Origin: a virus
Lineage: Duplodnaviria > Caudoviricetes
DNA length: 56,523 nt
Strand: one strand, 5' to 3'
Virus record (IMG/VR): IMGVR_UViG_3300027749_000129
Location: 1-56,523 of that record
Below, in pieces: positions 18,109 to 27,830 of this stretch. Numbering within the stretch: position 1 is the stretch's first letter; every line of letters starts with the position of its first letter. The notes beneath the pieces are model-generated. The model saw nothing but the letters and a program-made list of their open reading frames with translations. It was not told the origin of the DNA and made no database searches. The position numbers and the translations under genes are program-made.

Positions 18109-18585
18109 ATGACAGTCATAATCAATGAAGCTGCAGCAGGATTAACGACTAGCGACCATGTCATAAAAACAGGCGCTAAAGTGATGGTAACGGGTGATAC
18201 CCTATTTACCGTTGTTGGTAGCGTGCAGTTCCTTAGCCTTGTCTCGGAATGCGTAACGTTAAATGATGGGACAGCATCTACATTGCTTTGGAAATTCACT
18301 ACTTCGGCGGCAAGTCCACTCACCACAAATTTGTCGGCGGCCTCTTCTACGCTAGCTAACGCTGTTCCCGGTTATGCACTGGCAATGACGAATAGTTCTG
18401 CACTAGGTGAGGCCCCAACACAAGGTGCATCGGGTGTTCTACTTAACACAGCGTCGCGTGGCGTACGAGTTCCTACAGGAGCTGTTAAGATAACCATTGC
18501 GGTGGGATCTACCACAGGTACATGGCGTCATTACATACGTTACGAACCACTGGAACCCGGCGCGTACGTGGTTGCTAACCAATAG
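18109..18585 (+). CDS. Putative structural protein
   Basis: 158-aa Thr/Ala-rich ORF in operon. Confidence 0.6.
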   Translation: MTVIINEAAAGLTTSDHVIKTGAKVMVTGDTLFTVVGSVQFLSLVSECVTLNDGTASTLLWKFTTSAASPLTTNLSAASSTLANAVPGYALAMTNSSALGEAPTQGASGVLLNTASRGVRVPTGAVKITIAVGSTTGTWRHYIRYEPLEPGAYVVANQ

Positions 18586-18872
18586 TGGCCGCATCAAAAG
18601 GAATGGGCATTAAGACTTCTGTCAAGTCGGGAAATTTCCGGCCTACAAAGTCAGGTGCTGGTATGACGGAGAAAGGGGTAAAGGCTTTCCGTAAAGCCAA
18701 TCCCGGTAGTAAGTTGAAAACTGCCGTTACTGAGGATAAACCATCCCCAGAAAGGGCGAAAAGAAGGAAATCGTTTTGTGCGCGGTCGGCTGGGCAGATG
18801 AAGCAGTTCCCAGAGGCAGCGAAAGACCCCAATAGTCGTTTACGGCAAGCACGTAAACGGTGGAAATGCTAA
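18585..18872 (+). CDS. Small basic phage protein
   Basis: NPGSKLKTAV, RRKSFCARS, RLRQARKRWKC. Confidence 0.7.
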   Translation: MAASKGMGIKTSVKSGNFRPTKSGAGMTEKGVKAFRKANPGSKLKTAVTEDKPSPERAKRRKSFCARSAGQMKQFPEAAKDPNSRLRQARKRWKC

Positions 18873-18891
18873 CAACTGAGAGGTGATTGAC

Positions 18892-19104
18892 ATGGCCGGA
18901 CGTGGAATGGGTGCTGCTACTAGAGGTGGCGGAGCAGTAATGCAGGGTACTCCAAATAAAGTATTGAGTAGCCCTTTGAAAAAATCAAAAGCACCGACGA
19001 TGGATAAAGGTAGCGATGCCATTAACCAGCATAAGCGCATGGCTATGGGCGAAAAAGTCATGGCTAAAGGCGGCGCAGTTAAGAAAATGACTAAAGGCCG
19101 CTAA
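18892..19104 (+). CDS. Small basic protein with GG motifs
   Basis: MAGRGMGAATRGGG...MAKGGAV; GAGG RBS. Confidence 0.6.
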   Translation: MAGRGMGAATRGGGAVMQGTPNKVLSSPLKKSKAPTMDKGSDAINQHKRMAMGEKVMAKGGAVKKMTKGR

Positions 19105-19769
19105 TGGCAACTTCTGGGACGACTGACTTCAATCTCTCCATCGACGACCTTGTCGAAGAAGCGTTTGAACGTTGCGGAATGAGGATGACCAATGGTTATC
19201 AGCTTTCTAGCGCTCGTCGGTCGCTCAATTTGCTATTTTTGGACTGGGCTAACCGTGGTTTGAACCTATGGACGATTGAGGAAGCAACATATCCTATCGT
19301 TCAGGGGTCGAGAGAGCTTGTATTAGCCAGCGATACGGTCAATGTGCTGTCTGCCGTTATCCGATTGAACACACAGGGTAAGCAGCAAGACATATCTATG
19401 GACCGTATTAGTCGGGAAGAGTACTTAAATCTTCCTAATAAACTGACACAGGCTCGTCCAGCACAGATTTATGTGCAGCGGTCTAACCCCACCACTATCT
19501 ATTTATACCCCGCGTCTAATCTATCGTATACGTTGGTCTACTATAGAATTCGCAGGATTCAAGATGCAGGAAGCTACACTAATACTTCTGATGTTAATTA
19601 TCGTTTTCTTCCTTGCCTAGCGTCTGGATTAGCTTATATGTTGGCTATTAAATATTCTCCAGACCGTACTTCTGCATTAAAACAGATTTACGAAGAAGAT
19701 TTCCACCGTGCGGCTATGGAAGATCGGGATACAGCAAGCGCTCATTTTATTCCTGACTTTGGGAGATGA
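19104..19769 (+). CDS. Putative head-tail adaptor / tail tubular A-like protein
   Basis: MATSGTTDF, EEAFERCG, ARRSLNLL..WANRGLNLW, RFLPCLASGLAY. Confidence 0.6.
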   Translation: MATSGTTDFNLSIDDLVEEAFERCGMRMTNGYQLSSARRSLNLLFLDWANRGLNLWTIEEATYPIVQGSRELVLASDTVNVLSAVIRLNTQGKQQDISMDRISREEYLNLPNKLTQARPAQIYVQRSNPTTIYLYPASNLSYTLVYYRIRRIQDAGSYTNTSDVNYRFLPCLASGLAYMLAIKYSPDRTSALKQIYEEDFHRAAMEDRDTASAHFIPDFGR

Positions 19770-19770
19770 G

Positions 19771-20121
19771 ATGGCACATGCTTCAGGAAAGTTTTCGTTT
19801 GGGCTGTGCGATTATTGTGGCCAGCGCTATCGATATACTGTCCTGCGCAAGAACTGGCGTGGGTTCATGGTTTGCCCTGACGATTATGAGCCGAAAGAAC
19901 CACAGCTTTTTCCCCTTAAGTTTCGGGGGGACGCCATTGCACTCCAGAACCCACGTCCAGACCGCATTGAACCAGTGGTTGTGTATGTGGGTTTACCGGG
20001 TTTTTCGTCGTTTCAAAGTATAGGAAGTGCCGCCGACATAAATAATATGCAACCATTTCCCACACAAGTACCCATACAAGGGGTAGGATATGTTGGAACA
20101 GTTACTATAGTGATTACATAG
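19771..20121 (+). CDS. Zinc-ribbon hypothetical protein
   Basis: CDYCG...VCPDDYEPKEPQ...PRPD. Confidence 0.6.
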   Translation: MAHASGKFSFGLCDYCGQRYRYTVLRKNWRGFMVCPDDYEPKEPQLFPLKFRGDAIALQNPRPDRIEPVVVYVGLPGFSSFQSIGSAADINNMQPFPTQVPIQGVGYVGTVTIVIT

Positions 20122-20123
20122 CC

Positions 20124-20780
20124 ATGACATACGACGAACTGGTTACCAATATAAGGAATTACACTGAGGTTGGCAGCAATGTCTTCAGCGATTCAGTGAT
20201 AAATACCTTTATTACCATGGCCGAGAACAAAATTCTGCGAGATATCGATCTGGATATCTTCAAGGTCGAGTCTGCGGGCACTCTTACTACAGGCAATAAG
20301 TTTCTTACTGCTCCTTCCACTATTTTGACCCATCGCTATATGATGGTGACATCGGCTGGAGTGCAGATATTCCTTGATTTTAGGGATACTTCTTTTATGA
20401 AGGAGTATTGGCCCGATTCCACTGTGACAGGCGTTCCAAAATACTACTCGGTATGGGACCAAAACACTTTTTATATGGCCCCAACGCCTAATGCCGATTT
20501 TGTAGTTGAATTAGGCTACATTTATCGTCCTACACAACTATCTTCGACTAATCCCACAACATGGGTGAGCCTAAATGCTCCCGAAGCACTGCTTTATGCG
20601 TGTTTGGTACAGGCGTACAGTTATACAAAAGGCCCTGCAGAGATGTTAAAATATTTCACGGATAGTTATCAACAAGCCATCCAAGGTTTGGGCATTGAAC
20701 AACAGGGTCGTCGTCGTCGTGATGAGTACAGAGACGGTATGATTAGAATTCCAGTTAAATCGGAGTCACCGGGTCCATGA
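20124..20780 (+). CDS. Putative head completion / adaptor protein
   Basis: MTYDELV..I..Y, APTPN, PEALLYACL, RRRDEY. Confidence 0.6.
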   Translation: MTYDELVTNIRNYTEVGSNVFSDSVINTFITMAENKILRDIDLDIFKVESAGTLTTGNKFLTAPSTILTHRYMMVTSAGVQIFLDFRDTSFMKEYWPDSTVTGVPKYYSVWDQNTFYMAPTPNADFVVELGYIYRPTQLSSTNPTTWVSLNAPEALLYACLVQAYSYTKGPAEMLKYFTDSYQQAIQGLGIEQQGRRRRDEYRDGMIRIPVKSESPGP

Positions 20781-21064
20781 TAAGCAGTGTAGGTGGGGGA
20801 TTCTTAGGCGAAGTTAAGGCGATGATGGTATCTGGGCGAGGCTTTACCCCAGAAGAAGTTGCTGAGATGGCGCTGGACAAGATTATTTACATTGGGGCTA
20901 ATGCTAACCCGATCATACGGGAGCAGGCAGAGGCATACAGAACACAGCTTCGTGAGGTGTTGGTGAGGTACATGAAGCAGGCAGTCGCATCACACAACAC
21001 CACGCTGATGAACCGCTTCCGCAACGCGGGGCACCCGGAACTCGTTAAACTTTTGGAGAATTAA
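20777..21064 (+). CDS. Hypothetical protein
   Basis: RGFTPEEVAE..DKII; ATGA-coupled to the previous gene. Confidence 0.65.
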   Translation: MISSVGGGFLGEVKAMMVSGRGFTPEEVAEMALDKIIYIGANANPIIREQAEAYRTQLREVLVRYMKQAVASHNTTLMNRFRNAGHPELVKLLEN

Positions 21065-21065
21065 G

Positions 21066-21524
21066 ATGACTGGATTTACTACTGCAATGCCGACTAGCTT
21101 TAAGGTTGAAATCCTGACTGCTACTCACAACTTCACCGCTAGCACCGGTAACACGTTCAAATTGGCACTGGGCAAGGCTGCAGCGTCGTTGGCAGGTACT
21201 TATGGTGCCGCTACGACTAACTACACTAACTTGACCGGTAACTCGGATGAGCTGGCTAACGGCAGCGGTTACACTACTGCGGGTAACACCTTGGTCTCCA
21301 TTACGCCTGTGGCCTCTAGCACTACGGCTATCTGTGACTTTGACGATACTACTTGGTCGTCCGCTAGCTTCACTACTTCAGGCGGCATCATCTACAACAG
21401 TTCCGCTTCGGGTAAAGCTTGTGCGGTGTTGAGCTTCGGTGGTGACCAGACAGTAAGTTCCGGAGATTTCCAGATTCAGTTCCCGGCCGCTGCCGCTGCA
21501 ACCGCCATTATCCGTATTGCTTAA
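21066..21524 (+). CDS. Putative tail / structural protein
   Basis: TSFKVEIL...FKLAL...GYTTAG...IYNSS...FGGD...FQIQFP. Confidence 0.65.
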   Translation: MTGFTTAMPTSFKVEILTATHNFTASTGNTFKLALGKAAASLAGTYGAATTNYTNLTGNSDELANGSGYTTAGNTLVSITPVASSTTAICDFDDTTWSSASFTTSGGIIYNSSASGKACAVLSFGGDQTVSSGDFQIQFPAAAAATAIIRIA

Positions 21525-21537
21525 GTAAGGATTAGCC

Positions 21538-22536
21538 GTGACCACCTATACCAAAGGCTGGGGGCAAGGTGGCTGGGGCATTAACGGCTTTGGTGGGATA
21601 GCTCCTGCCTATGCGGTAACTGGAGTATCCGGGACTGGCGCGGTTGGTACGGTAAAACTTGTAATAGCTAAAGCAGTTACTGGAGTATCTGGAACTGGCG
21701 CGGTTGGTACTGTAACGACCAAAGTTGTAAAGGTAGTAGTAGTTACTGGAGTATCTGGAACTGGCGCAGTTGGTACAGTAAAACTCGTAGCGATTAAGGC
21801 TGTTACCGGGGTTGCTGGCACGGGTGCCATAGGTACAGTAAAACTTGTAGCGATTAAAGCTGTTACAGGGGTTGCTGGTACGGGTGCCATAGGTACAGTA
21901 AAACTCGTAGCGATTAAAGCTATTACGGGAGTCGCAGGTACAGGTGCGATAGGTACCATAGCCGTAAAAGTAAGTGATGGGTTGGTCGTTACGGGAGTCG
22001 CAGGTACAGGTGCGATAGGTACGGTAAAACTTGTAGCAATTAAAGCTGTTACAGGGGTTGCAGGAACCGGCGCGGTTGGTACAGTAAGACCCACGGTAAT
22101 TAGAGCTGTTACGGGGGTCGCAGGTACAGGTGCGATAGGTACCATAGCCGTAAAAGTAAGTGATGGGTTGGTTGTTACTGGAGTTACGGGAACCGGCGCG
22201 GTTGGTACAATAAAACCCGTAGTAACCAAGGCAGTCACTGGGGTTGTAGGGACTGGCGCGATAGGTACCGTAACTGCCAAAGTTGTAAAATTGGTGATAG
22301 TCACTGGGGTATCAGGTACCGGAACAGTTGGTACAGTCTCCTTACGATTTAATAAGACCATTGTTGCCGTTGGAGTATCCGGGACAGGCGCAGTAGGAAC
22401 GGTTAGAATCATTGGGTGGACTACAATTAACGACGGCCAGACCCCGAATTGGACAAATATAAACGACGCTCAGACTCCGGGTTGGGCGGATATAACCGAT
22501 GCTCAGACCCCGAACTGGGTTGACATAGCAGCTTGA
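21538..22536 (+). CDS. Repeat-rich putative fibre / structural protein
   Basis: 13 tandem 20-22 aa units (TGVxGTGAxGTV...); Trp/Gly N-terminus; three 11-aa W-x-x-I-x-D-x-QTP repeats at the C-terminus. Confidence 0.7.
   Translation: MTTYTKGWGQGGWGINGFGGIAPAYAVTGVSGTGAVGTVKLVIAKAVTGVSGTGAVGTVTTKVVKVVVVTGVSGTGAVGTVKLVAIKAVTGVAGTGAIGTVKLVAIKAVTGVAGTGAIGTVKLVAIKAITGVAGTGAIGTIAVKVSDGLVVTGVAGTGAIGTVKLVAIKAVTGVAGTGAVGTVRPTVIRAVTGVAGTGAIGTIAVKVSDGLVVTGVTGTGAVGTIKPVVTKAVTGVVGTGAIGTVTAKVVKLVIVTGVSGTGTVGTVSLRFNKTIVAVGVSGTGAVGTVRIIGWTTINDGQTPNWTNINDAQTPGWADITDAQTPNWVDIAA
21615..22410 (+). repeat. Tandem 60/66-nt coding repeats
   Basis: Recurrent GGTACAGTAAAACT(C/T)GTAGCGATTAA units; duplicated IAVKVSDGLVV variant. 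Confidence 0.85.
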
Positions 22537-22547
22537 GGATTTAGGAC

Positions 22548-23837
22548 ATGGCAACTTACGCGAATAACCTACGTCTTACCGAGATTACTACCGGTGACGA
22601 AAGTGGGACATGGGGCACGACGACCAACAATAACTGGGAGTTTTCCACCGCTGCCCTTGGTTACGGCCTCAAGAGCATGGCGACCGATGCGGATGTGACC
22701 TATACGATGGCCGATGGCAGTGTGGATACCTTGCGCTCCATGTACCTCAAGGTTACTTCTGGGGTATCGCTGACTGCCACTCGCACCATTACCATTGCGC
22801 CCAACACAGTGTCTAAGGTTTGGATCATCGAGAACGCTACTACGGGTAGCCAGAGCATCATAATCAAACAGGGTTCCGGTGCTACCATTACGATTGCCAC
22901 GGGCACTAAAGCCATGGTGTACACCGACGGCGCGGGGTCAACGGCTGCTGTGTTTAACGCAGCTCCTACGGCGTCTACGAGCGGTACAGTCACTAGCGTA
23001 GCGGCAACGGTCCCAAGCCTTCTGAGTGTCTCCGGCAGCCCGATCACTTCCTCGGGTACACTGGCGTTCACCTACTCTGGCACTGCACTGCCCATCGCTA
23101 ACGGGGGCACCGGGGCTTCAACAGCCGCAGGCGCTAACGCTGCATTGCAAGCTTTCACTACTACAGCTACTGCTGGGGCCACTACGACCCTCACTAACAC
23201 AAGCACGTACTACCAGTATTTCACGGGGATAACTACCCAGACGGTGGTAATGCCTGTTACTTCTACGCTGTCTACGGGCTGGTCATTCCATATCTGCAAC
23301 AACAGCACGGGGAACATTACAGTTAACTCGTCTGGCGCAAACCTGATTGGAACGATTATCCCCGGCACTACGATACACATCACTTGTATTGACACTACGG
23401 TAACGACTGCTGCTGGTTGGGACTTCGGGTTCACAGACTTCGGTACGATTACCGGCACCGGCTCGGCTGTTCTTGCTACTAGCCCAACCCTGACTACTCC
23501 CACCGTCACAGGCTACACCGAAACCGTCACAGCGGGCGGCACGGTAACGTCCACCAAAACAATTGTAATCAGCACAGGCACGGTCTACACCGCCACGTTG
23601 ACATCTGCCACTGCATGTACGTTCACCATGCCCACGGCTACTGCGGGCACCTCGTTCCTGATGTTGCTCAAACAGCCTGCGTCCGGCACGGCAACTACTG
23701 CGACGTTCACCTCGGTTAAGTGGGGCACTGCGGGTGCGCCAACGATTACGGCTACTGTGGGTAAGATGGACATTTTGACTTTCGTTGCCGATGGCACTAA
23801 CTGGTACGGCTCTGCTGCTCAAGGGTATACATACTAA
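22548..23837 (+). CDS. Tail fibre protein
   Basis: TGDESGTWGTTTNNN N-terminus, SGTVTSV, LPIANGGTGA, C-terminal WGTAGAPTIT...DILTF..DGTNWYG. Confidence 0.75.
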   Translation: MATYANNLRLTEITTGDESGTWGTTTNNNWEFSTAALGYGLKSMATDADVTYTMADGSVDTLRSMYLKVTSGVSLTATRTITIAPNTVSKVWIIENATTGSQSIIIKQGSGATITIATGTKAMVYTDGAGSTAAVFNAAPTASTSGTVTSVAATVPSLLSVSGSPITSSGTLAFTYSGTALPIANGGTGASTAAGANAALQAFTTTATAGATTTLTNTSTYYQYFTGITTQTVVMPVTSTLSTGWSFHICNNSTGNITVNSSGANLIGTIIPGTTIHITCIDTTVTTAAGWDFGFTDFGTITGTGSAVLATSPTLTTPTVTGYTETVTAGGTVTSTKTIVISTGTVYTATLTSATACTFTMPTATAGTSFLMLLKQPASGTATTATFTSVKWGTAGAPTITATVGKMDILTFVADGTNWYGSAAQGYTY

Positions 23838-25699
23838 TGTTTGCGTCGAAGAACTTTTTTCAGGCTGGTGACACTGCTGTTGCAGTCGCGGGGTTTACTG
23901 ACTTTTATCCTGTTGCTGTGATGAACAATTCTACGGCTACGGGCGTTATGTTAGGGGTTGCGGTTAACTCTGCCGGTAAGTTTGTAGCCGTGGGGTATAC
24001 CAATTCTGCCTACCCCGTTGCCGCCTACTCCACCGATGGTACTACGTGGACTACTCCGGCTACAATGAATGGCTCTAGTGTTCTTGCCCGTATGTGGTCA
24101 GTAGCAGTTAACTCCGCTGGTAAATTTGTAGCCGTGGGGTATAACGGCTCCTTCTACCCCGTAGCCGCCTATTCGACTGATGGCACTACGTGGACTACCC
24201 CCGCGTTGATGAACGGCGTTAGTCTTGAGGCCCAAATGTACTCGGTAGCTGTTAACTCCGCTGGTAAATTTGTAGCAGTGGGGCTTAACAGTTCTGTCTA
24301 CCCCGTTGCCGCCTACTCCACCGATGGTACTACGTGGACTACCCCAGCTACGATGAACGGCTCTACTACGGCTGCCCAAATGTACTCGGTAGCTGTTAAC
24401 TCCGCTGGTAAGTTTGTAGCCGTGGGGTATAACAATTCTGGCTACCCCGTTGCCGCCTATTCAACTGATGGCACTACGTGGACTACCCCCGCTACGATGA
24501 ATGGCTCTACTACGGTTGCCTATATGTTCTCGGTAGCTGTTAACTCCGCCGGTAAATTTGTAGCGGTAGGTCGGAACAGTTCTGGCTATCCTGTTGCCGC
24601 CTACTCCACCGATGGTACTACGTGGACTACCCCAGCTACGATGAACGGCTCTACTACGGCTGCCAGTATGTCCTCGGTAGCTGTTAACTCCGCTGGTAAA
24701 TTTGTAGCCGTTGGGGCTGGCTCACCTAGTTTTGCCGTATCCGCATCCTCAACAGACGGCACTACGTGGACTACTCCAGTCCTAATGAACGGCACTAACT
24801 CACGATCCGCCGTTATGCGGTCGGTCGCTGTTAGCTCCGCCGGTAAGTTCATGGCGGTTGGCTATGACACCCAAAGCACTGTTGTACCTGCATCCGCTAA
24901 CGCTGTCCCTTCGTACGCCTATTCTTGGGACAGTGCTACCACTACTCGACCCCCCGGAAGTTTTACACAGCGCACCTTTGGGCTTTCCTCGTGGATAGCG
25001 CCCTCCTGTGTTGTGAGCGTTTCTGTCGTGGCTGTGGGTTCCGCCGGGTGTACCACTAACGGGGGTGGCGGTGGGGGGTTGGGGTACAAAAATAATTATT
25101 CCGTAACTGCTGGGAGTAGCTATACCGTTAGAGCAGGGTGCACCACTAGCCGCTGTTCATATTTTGTCAGCACGGCGGTTGTGAAGGGTGGGGGTGGAAC
25201 GGGCAGCACAGGTGGTACCCATACGGGTGACGGCGGGGGTAATGGGGGTACTGGCACTACTTGTAGCCCCGGCGGGGCAGGTGGGTATTCGGGGAATGGG
25301 GGTAATGGCGCTGTGGCCCCGGCTTCTGCGGGTTCTGCGGGGGCTGGCGGTGGGGGCGGAGGTGGAGGCACTCAAACTGTGGGTGTTGGTGCTGGTGGGG
25401 TGGCTCTGTTGGGGCAAGGGTCAAATGGCGCTGGCGCTGGGGCTTATGGGGCTACCCCGGGGGGTGGTGGTTCATGCGGGCAAGGTGGGACTTCCTGCTC
25501 TTCTGCGTCCTGCCACACCGGGAGCACTACAACGTTTAATCTTAGGTACTATGGGGGTAACGGGGGCAGCTATGGTGGGGGCGCAGGTGGCAGGGGAACC
25601 ACCAGCAACACCGCCGGTACTCCCGCACCGGGTGCAGTCCGTATGGTCTGGCCCGGCGCTACACGTACATTCCCAACAACCTGTGTGAGCTACCCATAA
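23837..25699 (+). CDS. Putative receptor-binding protein: seven-repeat Asp-box beta-propeller plus Gly-rich domain
   Basis: Seven VAV[NS]SAGKF units at about 48-aa spacing with STDGTTW; Gly-rich C-terminus ending GAVRMVWPG. Confidence 0.72.
   Translation: MFASKNFFQAGDTAVAVAGFTDFYPVAVMNNSTATGVMLGVAVNSAGKFVAVGYTNSAYPVAAYSTDGTTWTTPATMNGSSVLARMWSVAVNSAGKFVAVGYNGSFYPVAAYSTDGTTWTTPALMNGVSLEAQMYSVAVNSAGKFVAVGLNSSVYPVAAYSTDGTTWTTPATMNGSTTAAQMYSVAVNSAGKFVAVGYNNSGYPVAAYSTDGTTWTTPATMNGSTTVAYMFSVAVNSAGKFVAVGRNSSGYPVAAYSTDGTTWTTPATMNGSTTAASMSSVAVNSAGKFVAVGAGSPSFAVSASSTDGTTWTTPVLMNGTNSRSAVMRSVAVSSAGKFMAVGYDTQSTVVPASANAVPSYAYSWDSATTTRPPGSFTQRTFGLSSWIAPSCVVSVSVVAVGSAGCTTNGGGGGGLGYKNNYSVTAGSSYTVRAGCTTSRCSYFVSTAVVKGGGGTGSTGGTHTGDGGGNGGTGTTCSPGGAGGYSGNGGNGAVAPASAGSAGAGGGGGGGGTQTVGVGAGGVALLGQGSNGAGAGAYGATPGGGGSCGQGGTSCSSASCHTGSTTTFNLRYYGGNGGSYGGGAGGRGTTSNTAGTPAPGAVRMVWPGATRTFPTTCVSYP
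23957..24865 (+). repeat. 144-nt tandem coding repeat (6 full units plus a partial seventh)
   Basis: GTTAACTC at 23963, 24107, 24251 and onward, period 144 nt. Confidence 0.9.
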
Positions 25700-26133
25700 T
25701 GACTCTCTATATACAAGTGCAAGACGGGCAACCCGTTAACCACCCCGCGTTGGTGGATCATCTGTATGGGGCGTTTGGGGGTATACCTGATAACTGGAAA
25801 CCATTTACTCGCGTTGACCGCCCCTCACGCACGGTTATGCCAGTGGGGGTGTACCAAGTCGCTGAAGTTATTTATTTGCCCGAGGGCGAGGGGTTTAAAG
25901 ACCAGTGGTTTGTCCGGGATATGTCTGAAGAAGAACGTATTGAAAAAATAAATGCTTACCGGGCACTGCAGCCCTATCCGTCTTGGTCGTTCGACGAACT
26001 TATTTGTGCTTGGGTGCCCCCTACACCAATACCAGACATAGAGAAATGGTGGGCGTGGGACGAGGAAACACTGGGCTGGAAAGATATTACACCGCCCGAA
26101 CTACGGCTTTCAGCAGTGAGTTTTGCGTTATGA
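25699..26133 (+). CDS. Tail-fibre-associated protein
   Basis: QPYPSWSFDE..CAWVPPTPIP..WAWDE pattern; follows the fibre genes. Confidence 0.6.
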   Translation: MTLYIQVQDGQPVNHPALVDHLYGAFGGIPDNWKPFTRVDRPSRTVMPVGVYQVAEVIYLPEGEGFKDQWFVRDMSEEERIEKINAYRALQPYPSWSFDELICAWVPPTPIPDIEKWWAWDEETLGWKDITPPELRLSAVSFAL

Positions 26134-26933
26134 GCTACTTATTTTTAGCTGTTCCGCCCTATTCCGGCAGCACTGCCCTGCACAATTATATTGCTAAGTG
26201 CGCCAATGTAACGCCGCTAACCGATGAAATAAGAAAGGCAAATTCCACAGATGAAGTTGGAATAATTGAAGGGAACGCGGCAACTAAAGCTAGGACACTG
26301 TACGGAGACAAGGGTATTGCTGGGATACGTATAGCCCCCGGTGCACATATACCAATAATCCAAGACCCGACAAATTACGACTGGGGGGGTATTAAAACTT
26401 TTCTCGATACCAACTGGGAGCAAAATAACTCTACCGCTCCCGTCCGGCTACAAAAGACCCCCAACGATACCTACCGTATACAAATGATGCAGCCGTACTT
26501 CGATGCGAACTGGATCATCATGGTACGTGAGCCGTATGCGTGGGTGCAGTCAACCATTGAGATGTACTTAAAGCGCCGGATTAACCCTAGTAACAGCGCG
26601 CAAGAAATAGTTGACCACATGGTTAACACCTATGTTATACAGAAGGAGAATCAGGCGTTTCTCGGTGACAAAGCGTACACAATGACCTTTGAAGACTTTG
26701 TCACCAACGAAGACAAACACACTCAAGCACTTAAAGATTGGATGCCTGAACTGTCTGACCTTACCTTTAAAGGCGAATGTCTTGTTAAGCAAAAGGTGGT
26801 GCAGGGGCTAAATAACAATAATGCGGAGCGTGTAGCACTACTGCGCACAATTCCCGGTGCGGTGGGTAAGTTTACTGAGCTATTTAAGCCTCATGAAGCG
26901 GTGTTGAACTCTTGGGGTTATGAAACGCTATGA
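26130..26933 (+). CDS. Sulfotransferase-like P-loop protein
   Basis: PPYSGSTALHNY (5'-PAPS loop-like), LQKTP, IMVREPYAWVQS (3'-PB-like), TFEDF; ATGA-coupled start. Confidence 0.7.
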   Translation: MSYLFLAVPPYSGSTALHNYIAKCANVTPLTDEIRKANSTDEVGIIEGNAATKARTLYGDKGIAGIRIAPGAHIPIIQDPTNYDWGGIKTFLDTNWEQNNSTAPVRLQKTPNDTYRIQMMQPYFDANWIIMVREPYAWVQSTIEMYLKRRINPSNSAQEIVDHMVNTYVIQKENQAFLGDKAYTMTFEDFVTNEDKHTQALKDWMPELSDLTFKGECLVKQKVVQGLNNNNAERVALLRTIPGAVGKFTELFKPHEAVLNSWGYETL

Positions 26934-27589
26934 TAATAGAGCAACCCGAAACTAAGCCCGAGTTTGAAGCCTTTTATTACTTTCCGTCACCAATATATGT
27001 AAGCAAAAAACCAGAGTTCCTTGACGTAGTAAGTGAGGTTTCCGAAGAAGCCTTGAAAAGGATAACGCACGACGTGCATGAGTTATTTCCGATGCACAAC
27101 ACGGATGACTACGCGGGTGATCCTCGTCTAGTTGACTTTGTCACGTACCTTTGGCAAAACGGTTGGAACATCCTGCAGGGTCAAGGTTACGATATGAATG
27201 TCTTTGATGTCGTTGTTGACGCGGCTTGGACGCAGGAGCACTACAAGCACTCGTTGATGGAGCAGCACGTACATGGTGCCGGGACACAGCTAGTAGGTTT
27301 TTACTTTTTGGAGACACCGGAGAATTGTTCCCGCGCCATGTTCCATGATCCACGAGGCGGCAAGGTGCAGATCAACCTGCCCGAAACTGACATGAGTAAC
27401 GCGACACCGGCAAGTAACACGATCAATTTTGCACCAGAACCGGGGATGTTGATTATCAGTAATGCTTGGCTGCCTCACTCGTTTGGGCGACATGGTTCCG
27501 AAAAGCCGATTAAGTTCGTGCATTTTAATTTGAGCGTGCGATATAACCCGCCTCATACATGTGCAGCTCCAGCGGCTGAAGTGATTTGA
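26930..27589 (+). CDS. 2OG-Fe(II) oxygenase superfamily protein (TIGR02466-like)
   Basis: FPSPIY, HVH, GFYFL, FHDPR, AWLPH, FN motifs. Confidence 0.75.
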   Translation: MIIEQPETKPEFEAFYYFPSPIYVSKKPEFLDVVSEVSEEALKRITHDVHELFPMHNTDDYAGDPRLVDFVTYLWQNGWNILQGQGYDMNVFDVVVDAAWTQEHYKHSLMEQHVHGAGTQLVGFYFLETPENCSRAMFHDPRGGKVQINLPETDMSNATPASNTINFAPEPGMLIISNAWLPHSFGRHGSEKPIKFVHFNLSVRYNPPHTCAAPAAEVI

Positions 27590-27819
27590 AGTACTCGATC
27601 AGGTTCAACAAAAATAGGGGGCAGCCGGGACGGGGCACAATGGACCACGTCTGGCGGGTGTTTGAGGGGGACAAAAGTGAGAAGGAATACCTTGTGAAAC
27701 ACTTCCGACTCGAAGTACCCTCTGCGAGCGAACAGGATGGGCAAGACTGGAATGTAACCTGTTATGGACAACTCACGCTAGATCGAGAAACATCAACGGC
27801 GACCATTAACCCGCAGTAA
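27586..27819 (+). CDS. Hypothetical protein
   Basis: IRFNKNRGQPGRGTMDHVWRVFE; overlapping TTG start. Confidence 0.6.
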   Translation: MKYSIRFNKNRGQPGRGTMDHVWRVFEGDKSEKEYLVKHFRLEVPSASEQDGQDWNVTCYGQLTLDRETSTATINPQ

Positions 27820-27830
27820 GGAAGTAAGAC

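Noticed and set aside
21609-22412. 267-aa antisense ORF (VPTAPVP repeats)
   Set aside because: Mirror of the repetitive sense gene; lack of stops follows from codon composition.
23957-24865. CRISPR array or DGR template/variable repeat
   Set aside because: The repeats are in-frame 144-nt protein-coding units without unique spacers; no cas or reverse transcriptase gene is present.
25188-25688. Alternate-frame 166-aa ORF in the Gly-rich fibre domain
   Set aside because: Val/Ala/Gly-rich by-product of GGN repeats; no motifs, unlike the intein-nested ORFs.
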